Below, in pieces: positions 1-11,436 of a stretch of 64,000 nt of DNA. Source of the stretch: Laetmonice hystrix. Taxonomy: Eukaryota. The notes below the pieces were generated by a model. That model ran no database searches. It was not told the origin of the DNA and saw only the letters and a program-made list of their open reading frames with translations. How positions within the stretch are numbered: the stretch's first letter is position 1; each line of letters starts with the position of its first letter. The translations under genes were made by a program, and so were the position numbers. The stretch lies in the NCBI GenBank assembly GCA_965235115.1, contig OZ249451.1:16616001-16680000 (forward strand). The letters run 5' to 3'.

Positions 1-155
1 GTAATTGTCCGATGTAGCATCTGTTGTCTTCCGGGCACTTTGTCCCGGGGGAGGGGTCCCAAATATAATCTGGTTGAGAACATCATTAAATCAGAGGGGA
101 AAATCTCACGGGACAATGCTTGACCATAATCTAAATAGGTCCTTACACTGAACGG

Positions 156-239
156 GGTAAGGCCAAAAAAAAAGAACATTCCTGGTTTCTAGTGACGCGC
201 GCGCATACCAGAAACCGGGATTTTTTTTCTTGGCCTACC
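156..239. repeat. Short imperfect fold-back palindrome (MITE-like remnant)
   Basis: ggtaaggccaaaaaaaaagaacattcctggtttct ... agaaaccgggattttttttcttggcctacc are imperfect inverted arms. Confidence 0.5.
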
Positions 240-441
240 CGCAGCGTTTTTCGGGGTATTAAATATGTATATATTTAATATAGTTTAAATGACACCAGCA
301 GCGCCACCTATCGCTTACACCATCCTTAATGGATGGACCAATCGCATCCAAGCTCCCCTGGCGGGAAGCTGAGCAGCTTTAAACCCAACGGAGTTCGCTC
401 TCACTCCTGGCCTAACCCTAGCGCAGGGCACACGCTCAAGC

Positions 442-1572
442 ATGGCAGAAGCTGACGCCGCATTTGATTTTGAACAGTGGACCACAAAATACGGTATCAA
501 TAGGAAGACAGCAGGCATCCTTCGTAACGCAGAATGTGCCGAAATGTTGCCGTTGTGTGGGATCACCGAGGACGATCTCACTAAGTTAGAAATGACGCTG
601 GGGCAGAGAAAGTCGGTCATGGCCGGCGTGACGGCGCTCCAGCAGAGAGGAGCACGTGGGACGGGTCAAGACAAGTCCAATCGCGCGGATGGTCCGGGGC
701 AGGCTACAACTCAAGCTGAGTTGCTACAAAAGGCAGGTGAGGAGCTCGACCACTTTTTCCAAGATACTGAAGACGGGGAGATTCAGTTTGGCCCTACTAG
801 GAGTACCACGTGTGCGGAGGTTAGCAGCGGCATTAAACGGATTCCACGTCTGGATACGACCAATGCAGTTACCCCCAGCTGCACGTACGACCCACGCTCC
901 GTACTCACAGTCAGAGCTCAAACGGTGAAAGTGCTCCACGTTACTTCCTTCATATCAGAAGCGGTCAAGATGCGACTACAAAGGCGGAAACTCCAAAGAG
1001 GGAAAATGGTGTTTTCTCCTAATAGTGAGGGAGTGCTCTCGCTCAACTCGCAGGAGGAACCCGTCACCTATGCTGGGCTGACAGTGGATGAATGGGGTGC
1101 CGCCAATCTCCGGGTCATGAATGCTCTCATGAAGGAGGGTCAACTGCAGCGAGAGGACATGGAGTATTATATGGCTTACTCTGTGATGATCTTCGAGTTT
1201 GCGAGCAAATACGACTGGCAGAGCATCATGGATTTCGATGCTCAATACAGGGAACACCAGGCCGAGCACGGTTTTCGTTGGGGAACTGTGGCTGCCCAGC
1301 TGGAGATGAATTTACTACAGCCTAAACGGAGTCTGAGTGCATCCACGCAGAACGGGGTCAGACATGGGCATGCCCGCCGTGACCCACCTAATCCCCGGCT
1401 GACCAGGCCGGATACCCCCGTGTGCAAACAGTACCAGACTAGGGGCGCATGTGTATTCGGCACGGGGTGTCGTTACCGCCACGTGCAGGCGGAGAACCCC
1501 GGTATCCAGCCACGAGACAGCAACGGGAACCGTCACCAGGACATATTCACCAGCAGGGCAAAAAACGATTAG
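442..1572 (+). CDS. Ngaro ORF1 (gag-like), N-terminal SAM-like domain and C-terminal CCCH zinc finger
   Basis: 376-aa intact ORF starting immediately after repeat A1; CKQYQTRGACVFGTGCRYRH = C-x7-C-x5-C-x3-H; SAM-like W..KYGI...L..ITEDDLTKLEMTLGQRKSV. Confidence 0.85.
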   Translation: MAEADAAFDFEQWTTKYGINRKTAGILRNAECAEMLPLCGITEDDLTKLEMTLGQRKSVMAGVTALQQRGARGTGQDKSNRADGPGQATTQAELLQKAGEELDHFFQDTEDGEIQFGPTRSTTCAEVSSGIKRIPRLDTTNAVTPSCTYDPRSVLTVRAQTVKVLHVTSFISEAVKMRLQRRKLQRGKMVFSPNSEGVLSLNSQEEPVTYAGLTVDEWGAANLRVMNALMKEGQLQREDMEYYMAYSVMIFEFASKYDWQSIMDFDAQYREHQAEHGFRWGTVAAQLEMNLLQPKRSLSASTQNGVRHGHARRDPPNPRLTRPDTPVCKQYQTRGACVFGTGCRYRHVQAENPGIQPRDSNGNRHQDIFTSRAKND

Positions 1573-3149
1573 TGAACCACCCAGGGAGCACCACACCTGT
1601 CAACACGGAAGGGTGCCTGCTCCCTGAAGCGTGGGAAGAGGAGTTACCTCTAGACTACCCTGACCGTGAGTTTATTCTTGACGGTGTGAGAAATGGGTTT
1701 AAAATCACAAACTTAAAATCATCAAATGTGTTTGATGATGTATGTATGAAGAACTACAAGTCTGCCACTGGTCCTGAGTTCAGAGACAGAGTCGAGCGGC
1801 AGATACGGGAGGAGTTAAGCAATGGCAGATATGTCATTTGTGACAGTAAGCCTGGCTTGGTGTCAGCTATAGGTGCCGTTCCGAAACGAGACTCTGATAA
1901 GCTCAGGTTAATACATGATTGTAGCCGTCCAGCAGGGAGAGCAGTAAATGATCTCGCTGAAAATGAAAAATTCAGTTACCAAAGCTTACAAGCAGCAGTG
2001 GACCTGATGACACCTTCGTGCTGGGCTGCCAAGTTAGATTTACAGTCCGCTTATAGAAGCGTCAAGGTACACGCCTCCGATCTCAACCTCACCGGTCTGA
2101 GTTGGGTGTTCCATGGGGACCAGCATTGCAAGCCCACATATATGGTAGACACCCGTCTGCCCTTTGGCGCCAGGCTTGCACCCGGTATCTTCAATAGGCT
2201 CACCCAGGCTGTCCGGTGCATCATGAAGTTGAAAGGCATGAAGGTTGTGGTTTTTTTAGACGATTTTCTCTGCATTGGAAAGACGAAGGAGGAATGCATG
2301 CGTACCCTGAACACATTGTGGGCTCTCCTGCGAAAGCTTGGCTTCTCTATTAACTATAATAAAATCGAGGGCCCAGCACAGATCATAACGTTTCTGGGTA
2401 TTGGCATTAACACCATCAAGCAAACATTGCATTTGCCATCTGATAAACTGGAATCGCTCAAATCAGAATTGACCCATCTATTGACAATGAAAAAGGTCTC
2501 AAAGCGTCGCCTGCAGTCCATTGCAGGAAAACTAAACTGGGCCTGTCAGGTCCTCTATGGTGGCCGCTTCTACCTGAGGAGACTGCTGGACGTAATCAAT
2601 TCATTGGGCAAACCTTGGCACAGGACGCGTGTGGTTAGGGCGATAAAAGATGACGTGCACTGGTGGTTAGCTTGTATGGATACGTTTAATGGTACCATGG
2701 ATATGGTCGAGTGTAGACCTGCCACCCCAGTATGCATTGACGCGTGTACTGTCGCAGCAGGAGGGGTCTACAACGGTGCCTTTTTCCACTTACCTTGGAA
2801 TAAATGGCAGAACACTGACCTGTACCATATAAACTACAAGGAGGTTTTGGCCTTGGAACCCTCTGTTTTTCTCTGGGCACCCCTCTGGGCCAATAAGCGT
2901 GTATTTGTTCATTCAGACAACCAAGCTGCAGTTGCAATAATTAACAAAGGCTCGTGTCATGATGAAGGGATTATGAAATCCCTAAGGCGTATATTCTGGC
3001 TCTCAATAAGGTTCAATTTTAGGCTAAAAGCAGTGTACTACCCTGGAAAGAGAAATAACTTAGCAGACCTTGCGTCTCGTCTACACGAACCAGGTAACCA
3101 TGAACGGTTGCTCCATGCCTTGTCTCATAGCTTTGTATCTTCATTTTAG
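1449..3149 (+). CDS. Ngaro reverse transcriptase / RNase H
   Basis: 566 aa, overlaps ORF1; RLIHDCS, KLDLQSAYR, LPFGARLAPGIF, VFLDDF RT motifs; DAC..G, YKEVLAL, HSDNQ, NLADLASR RNase H motifs. Confidence 0.95.
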   Translation: MCIRHGVSLPPRAGGEPRYPATRQQREPSPGHIHQQGKKRLVNHPGSTTPVNTEGCLLPEAWEEELPLDYPDREFILDGVRNGFKITNLKSSNVFDDVCMKNYKSATGPEFRDRVERQIREELSNGRYVICDSKPGLVSAIGAVPKRDSDKLRLIHDCSRPAGRAVNDLAENEKFSYQSLQAAVDLMTPSCWAAKLDLQSAYRSVKVHASDLNLTGLSWVFHGDQHCKPTYMVDTRLPFGARLAPGIFNRLTQAVRCIMKLKGMKVVVFLDDFLCIGKTKEECMRTLNTLWALLRKLGFSINYNKIEGPAQIITFLGIGINTIKQTLHLPSDKLESLKSELTHLLTMKKVSKRRLQSIAGKLNWACQVLYGGRFYLRRLLDVINSLGKPWHRTRVVRAIKDDVHWWLACMDTFNGTMDMVECRPATPVCIDACTVAAGGVYNGAFFHLPWNKWQNTDLYHINYKEVLALEPSVFLWAPLWANKRVFVHSDNQAAVAIINKGSCHDEGIMKSLRRIFWLSIRFNFRLKAVYYPGKRNNLADLASRLHEPGNHERLLHALSHSFVSSF

Positions 3150-3157
3150 ACCAGCGC

Positions 3158-4126
3158 TTGGTCGGCTTGCAGGATGAAGTTCTCCGCTACCAACAGGCCT
3201 GCTATGCTGCTACGACAAGCCGATCATACCAGACGCATCGTAGGACCTACCTACGGTTTTGTGACCTGTTAGGCTGCGCGCCTGTCCCCGCATCATCGCA
3301 GCTGTTATGCCAGTATGCCGCTTATCTGGCTCGTACTCTTAAGTACAACTCAGTCAAACAATATCTCAAAATAGTACGCATTCTCCACCTGGAATGGAAT
3401 TTAACTAATCCGCTAGAGTCATTCCAGCTACGCTCCACACTCCGGGGAATAAGGCGGATAAAAGGCGATGCGGTAGTTAGGAAACTACCAATCACACCGA
3501 CGCTCTTAGTACAGATGCTGGGGAGGCTAGACCTCAGTGTGCCTGAAGATGCTACCTTTTGGGCCTCCTGCCTGACTATGTTTTACGGTATGCTGCGTAG
3601 GTCAAATGTGCTGAATTTGCGCTGCCACGCCGTGGAAAAGAACAAGCAACTTCTCCGGGGAGATATTTACATCAACGCCACGGGGATGGTTGTCACTATA
3701 CGCTGGTCTAAAACCAATCAGTTCCAGTCACGGGTGGCTAGCATCCCCCTCCCCCGGTTACGCCAACATGTATTGTGTCCCACCCAGGCCTACTACCATC
3801 ACCTCCGACTTTCGCCATCGTCAGACAACACCACCCCCGCCTTCTGCTATGCATCAGATAGTGGCCTCACCCCGCTCTCACCAGAGCGGTTTGTAGTGCG
3901 TATCAGAGAGGCCCTGTCTGGACTTGTTCCAGATGTCAACCAGTATGCAGGACATAGTTTCCGGAGAGGAGGAGCCTCCTGGGCTTATCAACAAGGGGTC
4001 AGTGTAGAGGCCATCAGACAGATTGGTGACTGGAAGTCGAACTCATATACAGCGTATGTGCATGATACACATGAGTCGCTAAAAGGAGCATTCTCTCTTA
4101 TGTCCAGCAACCTTCCAACTTCCTAA
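3158..4126 (+). CDS. Ngaro tyrosine recombinase (no in-frame ATG near the 5' end)
   Basis: MLRRSNV (R), WSKTNQ (K), GHSFRRGGA (H-x-x-R), GDWKSNSY (W/Y); frame open only from 3131. Confidence 0.95.
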   Translation: MVGLQDEVLRYQQACYAATTSRSYQTHRRTYLRFCDLLGCAPVPASSQLLCQYAAYLARTLKYNSVKQYLKIVRILHLEWNLTNPLESFQLRSTLRGIRRIKGDAVVRKLPITPTLLVQMLGRLDLSVPEDATFWASCLTMFYGMLRRSNVLNLRCHAVEKNKQLLRGDIYINATGMVVTIRWSKTNQFQSRVASIPLPRLRQHVLCPTQAYYHHLRLSPSSDNTTPAFCYASDSGLTPLSPERFVVRIREALSGLVPDVNQYAGHSFRRGGASWAYQQGVSVEAIRQIGDWKSNSYTAYVHDTHESLKGAFSLMSSNLPTS

Positions 4127-4825
4127 CTACTCTACTTGGTGGTTTGGGACAAGTTGTCAGCGAGCAGTGTGCTCAGTTCTGTGTATCTGTGTTACAGAGA
4201 GAGGCTAGCTTGGTCAGCCTCCTTATACATGTCATTTATTGCCTAATATAGATGTGCAGAGTAATGGAGTTGTAGCTTGTAGTATTGTATTATTAAACTC
4301 CATACCCCAACATTTTATTATAATTGCTTGCTTGTTGGTCTTGTCATTTAAGGGGTATTAAATATGTATATATTTAATATAGTTTAAATGACACCAGCAG
4401 CGCCACCTATCGCTTACACCATCCTTAATGGATGGACCAATCGCATCCAAGCTCCCCTGGCGGGAAGCTGAGCAGCTTTAAACCCAACGGAGTTCGCTCT
4501 CACTCCTGGCCTAACCCTAGCGCAGGGCACACGCTCAAGCCCCGCCCCCTTCCCCTCATACCACCTTAAAAGCGTGGAAATTGTTGTCTTGGGACAAGTT
4601 GTCAGCGAGCAGTGTGCTCAGTTCTGTGTATCTGTGTTACAGAGAGAGGCTAGCTTGGTCAGCCTCCTTATACATGTCATTTATTGCCTAATATAGATGT
4701 GCAGAGTAATGGAGTTGTAGCTTGTAGTATTGTATTATTAAACTCCATACCCCAACATTTTATTATAATTGCTTGCTTGTTGGTCTTGTCATTTAATTTT
4801 TATCCTGCCTGAATGCGATTTACAG

Positions 4826-5023
4826 ATACTGACCATCCTGGTGCTGACCCTACCGGACACCGCGGCGCCGTCCTCATTATCAACGAGAGTCCTTGACGAC
4901 GACTACCTGTACCCGGAGTCGGCGATAATCGTGGGATGGCTGGTGGCGGCCGGCCCGCTGTGTGTGGGAATCCTGGCTGGGATCCTGCACGAGATGGTTC
5001 GGATACGAGGCACCGCCAACCAG
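4826..5023 (+). CDS. Host exon, probable SLC6 (sodium:neurotransmitter symporter family) TM11-TM12 region
   Basis: tttacag acceptor, cag|gtcagg donor, 66 codons phase 0; DYLYPESAIIVGWLVAAG resembles the SLC6 Y-x-YP-x-W-A-x3-GW motif. Confidence 0.6.
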
Positions 5024-5337
5024 GTCAGGGTAGATTCTATACAGGGACCAGCTACTTTAAACATTATTCTTTTACGTCTTCAAAAATCTTGTTATTTGTC
5101 GATGGTAACATTTTCACGAAGTTAGGGTAGGTATGAGGGGCAGAGCTAGGGATAGGTGTAAGTTTCTTTGGGTAGGTCTCTTGGTGGGGAAGATCATAGG
5201 GACTCTTGATGGCCTTTTTGTTCTTCCCGCCAAATTTCCTGCACATGTCACTAAGAGGGATTTGTCCTAATTCCGGTTCTATATCAAGGATGAAGTTGGC
5301 CAACGAAATGATAAGATCATGTTGGTTTTCTTTTCAG

Positions 5338-5514
5338 AAAATGCTTCGTTTATTTACGGGATCCTCACTTGCCGACTCAAGGTGGTCGGTGATGGACGCC
5401 TTCGCCAGCAGTGCGGACGGTATGTCGGCCGTCACTGAGCCCCGCCTGGAACCGCTGGTGTCTCCAGGTCTGGCGCTCCGACTGTCAGACAACCCTGAAC
5501 GGACCTGGCTCTGA
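5338..5514 (+). CDS. Probable terminal coding exon of the same SLC6-like gene
   Basis: ttttcttttcag acceptor, phase 0 matches previous exon; KMLRLFTG...ERTWL then TGA 5512-5514. Confidence 0.5.
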   Translation, partial: KMLRLFTGSSLADSRWSVMDAFASSADGMSAVTEPRLEPLVSPGLALRLSDNPERTWL

Positions 5515-5695
5515 CTGACTCACTGAGCCCCGCCTGGAACCGCTGGTGTCTCCAGGTCTGGCGCTCCGACTGTCAGACAACCCGGAACGGACCTGGCTCT
5601 GACTGACTCACTGAGCCCCGCCTGGAACCGCTGGTGTCTCCAGGTCTGGCGCTCCGACTGTCAGACAACCCGGAACGGACCTGGCTCTGACTGGC
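5432..5695 (+). repeat. Tandem repeat, 3 x 88 bp
   Basis: Unit tcactgagccccgcc...ggctctgactgac starts at 5432, 5520, 5608. Confidence 0.95.
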
Positions 5696-5703
5696 TGACT
5701 GTC

Positions 5704-6253
5704 TGAGGGACCTGTTCCGGCTTGATACGTCCGAACGGCTAGTTATGTCCGATAGGAGATATATCCGCAAACATCAGCTAGACCTATAAAAAAATAATAT
5801 AGATTTGTCTGGATTATTCTCTATATTGCGCCTATATAAAACTGACCACCAGATGGCAGCATCCATCACAGATACCACCAATACCTGCAATGTCGATATT
5901 GACGCTTGGTGTCGCCTTCGTCTATAGGACGTTGGCATGAGTCGTTGTTGCCTGGATGTATAAAAGTTTCTTTGATTTTCACGAAACCAAATGTTAAGAA
6001 TAAAGACAAAATGCATTTTAAAAATATGCTTAAATGTTTACCTACAACGTGCATACCTTAAGATTTGTGATTTCGCTGAGATATAGTTTAATATCGTGGA
6101 TATTCCAAGGCCGAGCGAGACCGGCAGTATACATCTAGCTGATATTTGCGGACATATCAATTTCTCCGGACACATCTAGCTCATGTTTGCGGACATATCT
6201 CCTGTCGGACATAACTAGCCGTTCGGACATATCTAGCCGGAACAGGGACCTCA
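5704..6253. mobile_element. MITE-like element with ~75-bp imperfect terminal inverted repeats
   Basis: 5704-5780 is the reverse complement of about 6175-6253 (cctgttccggct.gata.gtccgaacggctagttatgtccga.aggagatat.tccgcaaacat.agctaga). Confidence 0.65.
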
Positions 6254-6480
6254 CCAGACCCTTCTAAATCATTTACAATGAACATGTCAGATCCGAGCAA
6301 ATAAAAGTCGCTCATTTATTCCACCTCCGTGAGGTTGCCTGGGCTATAAAGTACTGGGAATATATAAAATGCTTAAAAAAGCCGTGCCGATTATTTTTAA
6401 GGCAGAAAACATCGCAGGTGTGGCCACTCTTTCCATAAGCATGTATAGTTTATGTGCAGTTTATGTCTGTTCTTCCTTAA

Positions 6481-7003
6481 AGGGGCATATTTTGAGGAAA
6501 CGTGAAAAATCGGTATTTCAAAGAACTTTTGCTATTTTCATAAAGAGATCCTTCATTAAAATTGCTTGGTAAACAAAGACAGCCTTATCAGTTTCATTTT
6601 GCATGAGAAATCGAAGTTTATGAAGCTCCCTTGCCCACTTCTCTGCCGATTTCGTAAAATATTTTTTGGGTGGCATTCTCATGCCGGACGATCGAGTGCA
6701 ACTGCTGAATTGTTTACAACTAAGCGAAGCACGTGAGTAAGCACATGCAGAGAGTGCACACGCAGGATGTGACGCAGTACGCGATTACCCGGGTTGATGG
6801 GAGGTTGTCTACCAAATTATGGCGGGAGATGTGCTATCGGGAGAAATCTATAGGTTTTGTCGTATAGGACCTACTTGTGCTGTATACGCAGCGAAAACAC
6901 GTCGGAAGACATAATGCTGTGTTAGGATTATTTACTTGGATCCCTAGTACACGGTCATATTGGATAATTGCCGGAAATCCTCCAATATGTGTTCCATGCC
7001 CCT
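6481..7003. mobile_element. Non-autonomous Kolobok-like DNA element
   Basis: TTAA at 6477-6480 and 7004-7007 flanking AGGGGCAT...ATGCCCCT termini; no ORF. Confidence 0.65.
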
Positions 7004-9730
7004 TTAAGGATGACTATTTCGTGTACATGTGATTTTTAGATCGTTGTAGAGGAAAGTTCAAGGAGAAAGTTCAACACCTGGCAGTCCAAGTTATACCGAT
7101 CTCAACATACCTGTCACATAATGCCACCGATATATTTTAAACTGGCAGGAAGACCATTCGGAATTCTTCTTGGAACTGGGATTTCACCGTGTATCTATAG
7201 TCAGGTGGGGAGTTATCACTACAGTCAGTTGGTCCCGTGTCAGTCGTGTTGCCGAATCGAATTGGGCGGAGACTGGGTGTGGCTTATGTTTTGATAGGCA
7301 CTGCCTGTAGTGATTAAGCTGCCTAGAGGTAGATGTTACAGAACCACTACCCCAGCAGCCTGTGGCAGTGAGAGTCGAGGCCACGAAGAGGCTCATGGGA
7401 AGGAGTGTTGGTGACCCACCTCGGTATTATGTGACGGTAGACGGCGTGGCGTGTAAGAGCCGCAGTGTCTTGAGCGCCCTCACGCGGCGTGGGTCGGAAC
7501 GAGTGATACCCAGTCGGCGATTGCGCCTCAAGAAATGAGGTCGACAATTGGTCTTGCATGTTCTATATAACAACTGAACCAAATATGAAATCTTTGCAAT
7601 GTATGATTCTAAAAAGCCTGGTTACTAGTCGATACACTGAGTCTAAAAACCGTGATGAACTGATTCAGTGTGTGGGCTGAGCACTTATAAATAATAGTCC
7701 GCCAAAATAGTGTAGTTCGTCAAATTATTAGATAGATCTAGGCCTAGACGAGTCTGGTCCTTCTGTCCATCCGCCCGGGGCGTTAAATGTCAACTTTTTT
7801 TTGCCACGACGGCTATTGACATAATTTTACGCGCCATATTAGTAGCTTATCCAGTAGTGCTGGATTCCTGTTAACACACGGTGGGGTAAATTTGTATACT
7901 TTACTGTGGCGTTCCGTTACCTGTGTTGATATACATGTACCTACATTATATGGTTCAAATATACATGCGAAATATATACCGTGTGTGTGAACTCCGATTA
8001 ATGGGAATCGCTGAAAGCAATTCAATCCCGAGCGCGGCAGGATGGGTCACATATAATGGTCGTTCTATCTCTCCTTACAAAATCGCTCTGAAGTGGCGCG
8101 CGGTCGAACCAGAAACCGGGATTTTTTTCGCCTTTGTTTATCAGGGACCCTTTTTAGCTTATATAACCGTATCATATCATAGGGCCTACCCCAGCTCTAG
8201 TGCAGGAAGTAACTGTAACGGAGTTTCCAAACGGGCTTGGCCCTGACGGGGAAGCTGCGACAAGGTAATAGTGTCATCCCAGTTGCCAGAAAACAGGAAC
8301 TAACATCGCGGGTCGTTAAAACTATACCTCGGCTCCAATGCGAACTCACCGATGTGTACAATTCGGCGTGAATCATGCCGTTTGATCAAATTGCTGTATT
8401 CCTTCTCATCAAACCGCTCCACTGCATGCTCACTTTTTGGGGTTTTTTTTATCCCCTAATGCGCATGCGCACTGAGGACCAGTCGAGGAGCATACCGTCA
8501 CACATTAGGACCCAAGCACTCCTCCATTATGGTCCGAGATCCAGGCCCCCTTCTAAGATAATGCTGCTCCCTTTGTTTATAATGGCCGCAGGCCGTGACG
8601 ATGTTGAAGTGACCGCTTCGTTTGAAAAATCACCTGAATCTGAATCTGAATCACCTGCTTTGTAGAAGGACTTTGCACTTCATTGCACTCAATGGCTGAA
8701 GGTAAAGGCAAAACTTTATTTGAAATGACTGGCTATGGACGCTGTAGTCTCTCATTTTGGGGGCATTACAAAATCTCTCATGGGCATAGCCTTACCGATA
8801 GGCCGAGTATACGAGGCCTATCACAGAGCCAATAGTTATTAGTGTTATATAGAGGTCTGTACATGTAGCAATATAAGCAAACATGAAACAACGATTTTAA
8901 CACAGATCCAATCCTCACATTTTACGCCTTTTGGAAGTTTTGCAGTCATTTTTGTTTACAACGCAGGATAGAAAAATAACCTGTTTGACCGGCAGATGGC
9001 GCGACGACTACAACTCTAGGATGGCCCTAGTTGTCACAGAGTCTTCATCGCGTGGCCGTGGACCAATCAGAAAGCGGCATTGTTACCGGAACTGTGATAA
9101 ATGATAAAAGTTGCTTCCTGCTCGGCCAGTTTATTTGCACTGTCACCGTACAAACAGGAACGGCCAGCACGTCTGCCATAATGATGACGAGCAAACTGAA
9201 TAGAGAAACGCCCCCACCCCCACCCCCCCATCCCCACCCCCAAAAATAATTGTTTGACAGAAAAGCACAGTCATGATTGATACCGTTCAAATATAGAAGC
9301 TTTAGAACGAATCGTGACTTAGGATTAATTGTGCAAATGGCCATGCAGGTTCCAGCCTGAATTGAACATTTACAATGATCACTGACTTGATGTTAAAGGA
9401 CAACGATGCTGATGGCAATACTTTTTCAGTCTTAGACAATGCGTGGCGTCTGTTTTAGTCGTGCCAATTAACAACTTTACGCCGGTGCAAATCAATGGGG
9501 AAAAGTTGTGAACCCTACACTAACGGGGGCAGTATAGCTGTCTGTACCACTCGTCTGGGAGTATGGCACATTGAAGTTCGGTCCCACCTATGGCTCATTC
9601 TTATATCTATCGGGCGAATGCAGACTTTCTGAGGTAAATAGTGCTGAATGTCAAGGATGGTCTATGCATTAAAGGGATTATCGCACAAATTTCGAATGTT
9701 TGCATTGCGGTTCTCCAATATGATCCAAAA

Positions 9731-9876
9731 CTCCCATGCCTTTCTATGCCATGATGGCCAGAGTCCCGGAGCTCCCATGCCTTTCTATGCCATGATGGCC
9801 AGAGTCCCGGAGCTCCCATGCCTTTCTGTGCCATGATGGCCAGAGTCTCGGAGCTCCCATGCCTTTCTATGCCATG
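9731..9876 (+). repeat. Minisatellite, ~3.5 x 41 bp
   Basis: ctcccatgcctttctatgccatgatggccagagtcccggag at 9731, 9772, 9813, 9854 (partial). Confidence 0.9.
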
Positions 9877-10191
9877 ACCCGTGATGCAATGCTCAAATGG
9901 CGCTGAATTCACCCGAGGCTACTTTCGAAGAAATGACCGAGGATTCCCGATTAGGCAATAATGAGTCTGGCCTCAGTTGTTAATTTCATGTATTGGGCTA
10001 ATTACTCTGTGCTAGAGTAATTACAATTCGTGCCGGAGCCCCTTATTACTATACGCCACTGCTCGCCACTCCCACCCCTACCCCATTAGTAGAAATCACG
10101 AGTTTTGGCATCCGCATTGAAAATCAGCGAACCGTCGAATTTGATAACTTCCCTATGGGTGGCGACATCTAGATAGGGACCTGCCTGACGG

Positions 10192-10330
10192 TATAAAACC
10201 ACGCTCCTGCTCCTCCCGACACACCCAGCCACTCCACCAGCAGTAACTGTTCACCTCGCCGCCATCACCGGTATCAGAGAACAGCAGAGAACAGCAGAGA
10301 CACTGAGCAGAGAACAGCAGAGAACAGCGG
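10192..10330 (+). promoter_or_regulatory. Possible TATA box and non-coding first exon (contains cagagaacag repeats)
   Basis: TATAAAA 10192-10198; strong donor cgg|gtaagt at 10331; next strong acceptor precedes the peptide exon at 11490. Linkage is inferred. Confidence 0.3.
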
Positions 10331-11305
10331 GTAAGTAAAGCCTTGGATCACTCTAACAATTTGGCCTTTATGTGATGGCGCTTGGACATGAATAGTTTGA
10401 ATCGTAGTCCAGTCGCCGACTTTATTACATGCGCATTCTATCTGGCCATTCAGGGTGTCATATGGTGGTCCGTATGGAACGCGTAAACACGTAACGGGAT
10501 TTGGCTCGTTTTCCGCGAGAAAGTATGGAACTCGGTGCCTGCTATAGCTCTTGCCCTGCGAGAGTCTGGGCAAGTTTGTGCATTGCATTTGTTTATCGCA
10601 AGGTGGCGTGGTAGTAGCACCCCCTCCCCCACCCGTGCTCCCATGTCGTAAGCGGATTCCGTAATTCCGAATACGTCGCAGTCAGCCTGTTACCGAATAG
10701 TCCAGGCGTAGGTATACTTCCCTTCCATAACCCCAGGGACTAGTATATAATATAGATATTTATTTTATGGCTGCCGCACTTTCCCTGTCCTGATTGGTCA
10801 GTTCCCTGTCACGTGATCACAGATAAAAACTAATATTGCACCAGTCAATATTCCTTTTGCACTGCCGTCAAGTGTTTTCACCCCCGTGTGCAAATAGGCT
10901 CTTAGACATTCTTAACATAAGTTTAATATAACAGCCTGGAGGGGTGACAGCGTATGATAGCAAAGCGGAAACTACGCGAGGCTGAGTTCAGAATATTGTA
11001 TAGCCTCTAGTCTAGGCTAGCTCTAGGCCTAGCTAGATAAAGCAGTCGTGAACACGATGGATCCCTGCAGCCTATCTAATTTCCCGACATGAGAAGTTTA
11101 TGTGGTGACTGATTGTTAAGATTGGTCATGGTTTTGATCATGGTTTACTGGTAGAATTGTGAGTGAGACTCACTGAGGCTCAGCGTACCGGTAGGCCTAG
11201 GTCTAGATGATGAGTCTTATGGAGTAAAGTTAAACTGACTGTGCAGTCGTCGATGGATCCTGGCGTAGACAGGAAAAGTGCGGCAGTCATAAAATAAAAC
11301 AAATA

Positions 11306-11436
11306 TGGCACTTGGTATCGTGCAATATGAAAATTTATGGCACTCTGGAAACTGATATTGCACTCCGCTTCGAGTGGTGCAATATCAAAACTGCCATCGT
11401 GCCATAAATTTTAATATTGCACTCAACCAAGTGCCA
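11306..11436. repeat. Fold-back palindrome (hairpin MITE)
   Basis: tggcacttggt..gtgcaatat.aaaatttatggcac arms plus inner gatattgcac/gtgcaatatc arms. Confidence 0.8.

Larger units (their letters stand above)
253..4796 (+). mobile_element. Full-length Ngaro-type (DIRS-group) tyrosine-recombinase retrotransposon with split direct repeats
   Basis: A1 253-441 = A2 4352-4540 (189 bp, no differences seen); B1 4144-4351 = B2 4589-4796 (208 bp). Order A1-ORF1-RT/RH-YR-B1-A2-B2. No TSD and no methyltransferase domain. Confidence 0.95.
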
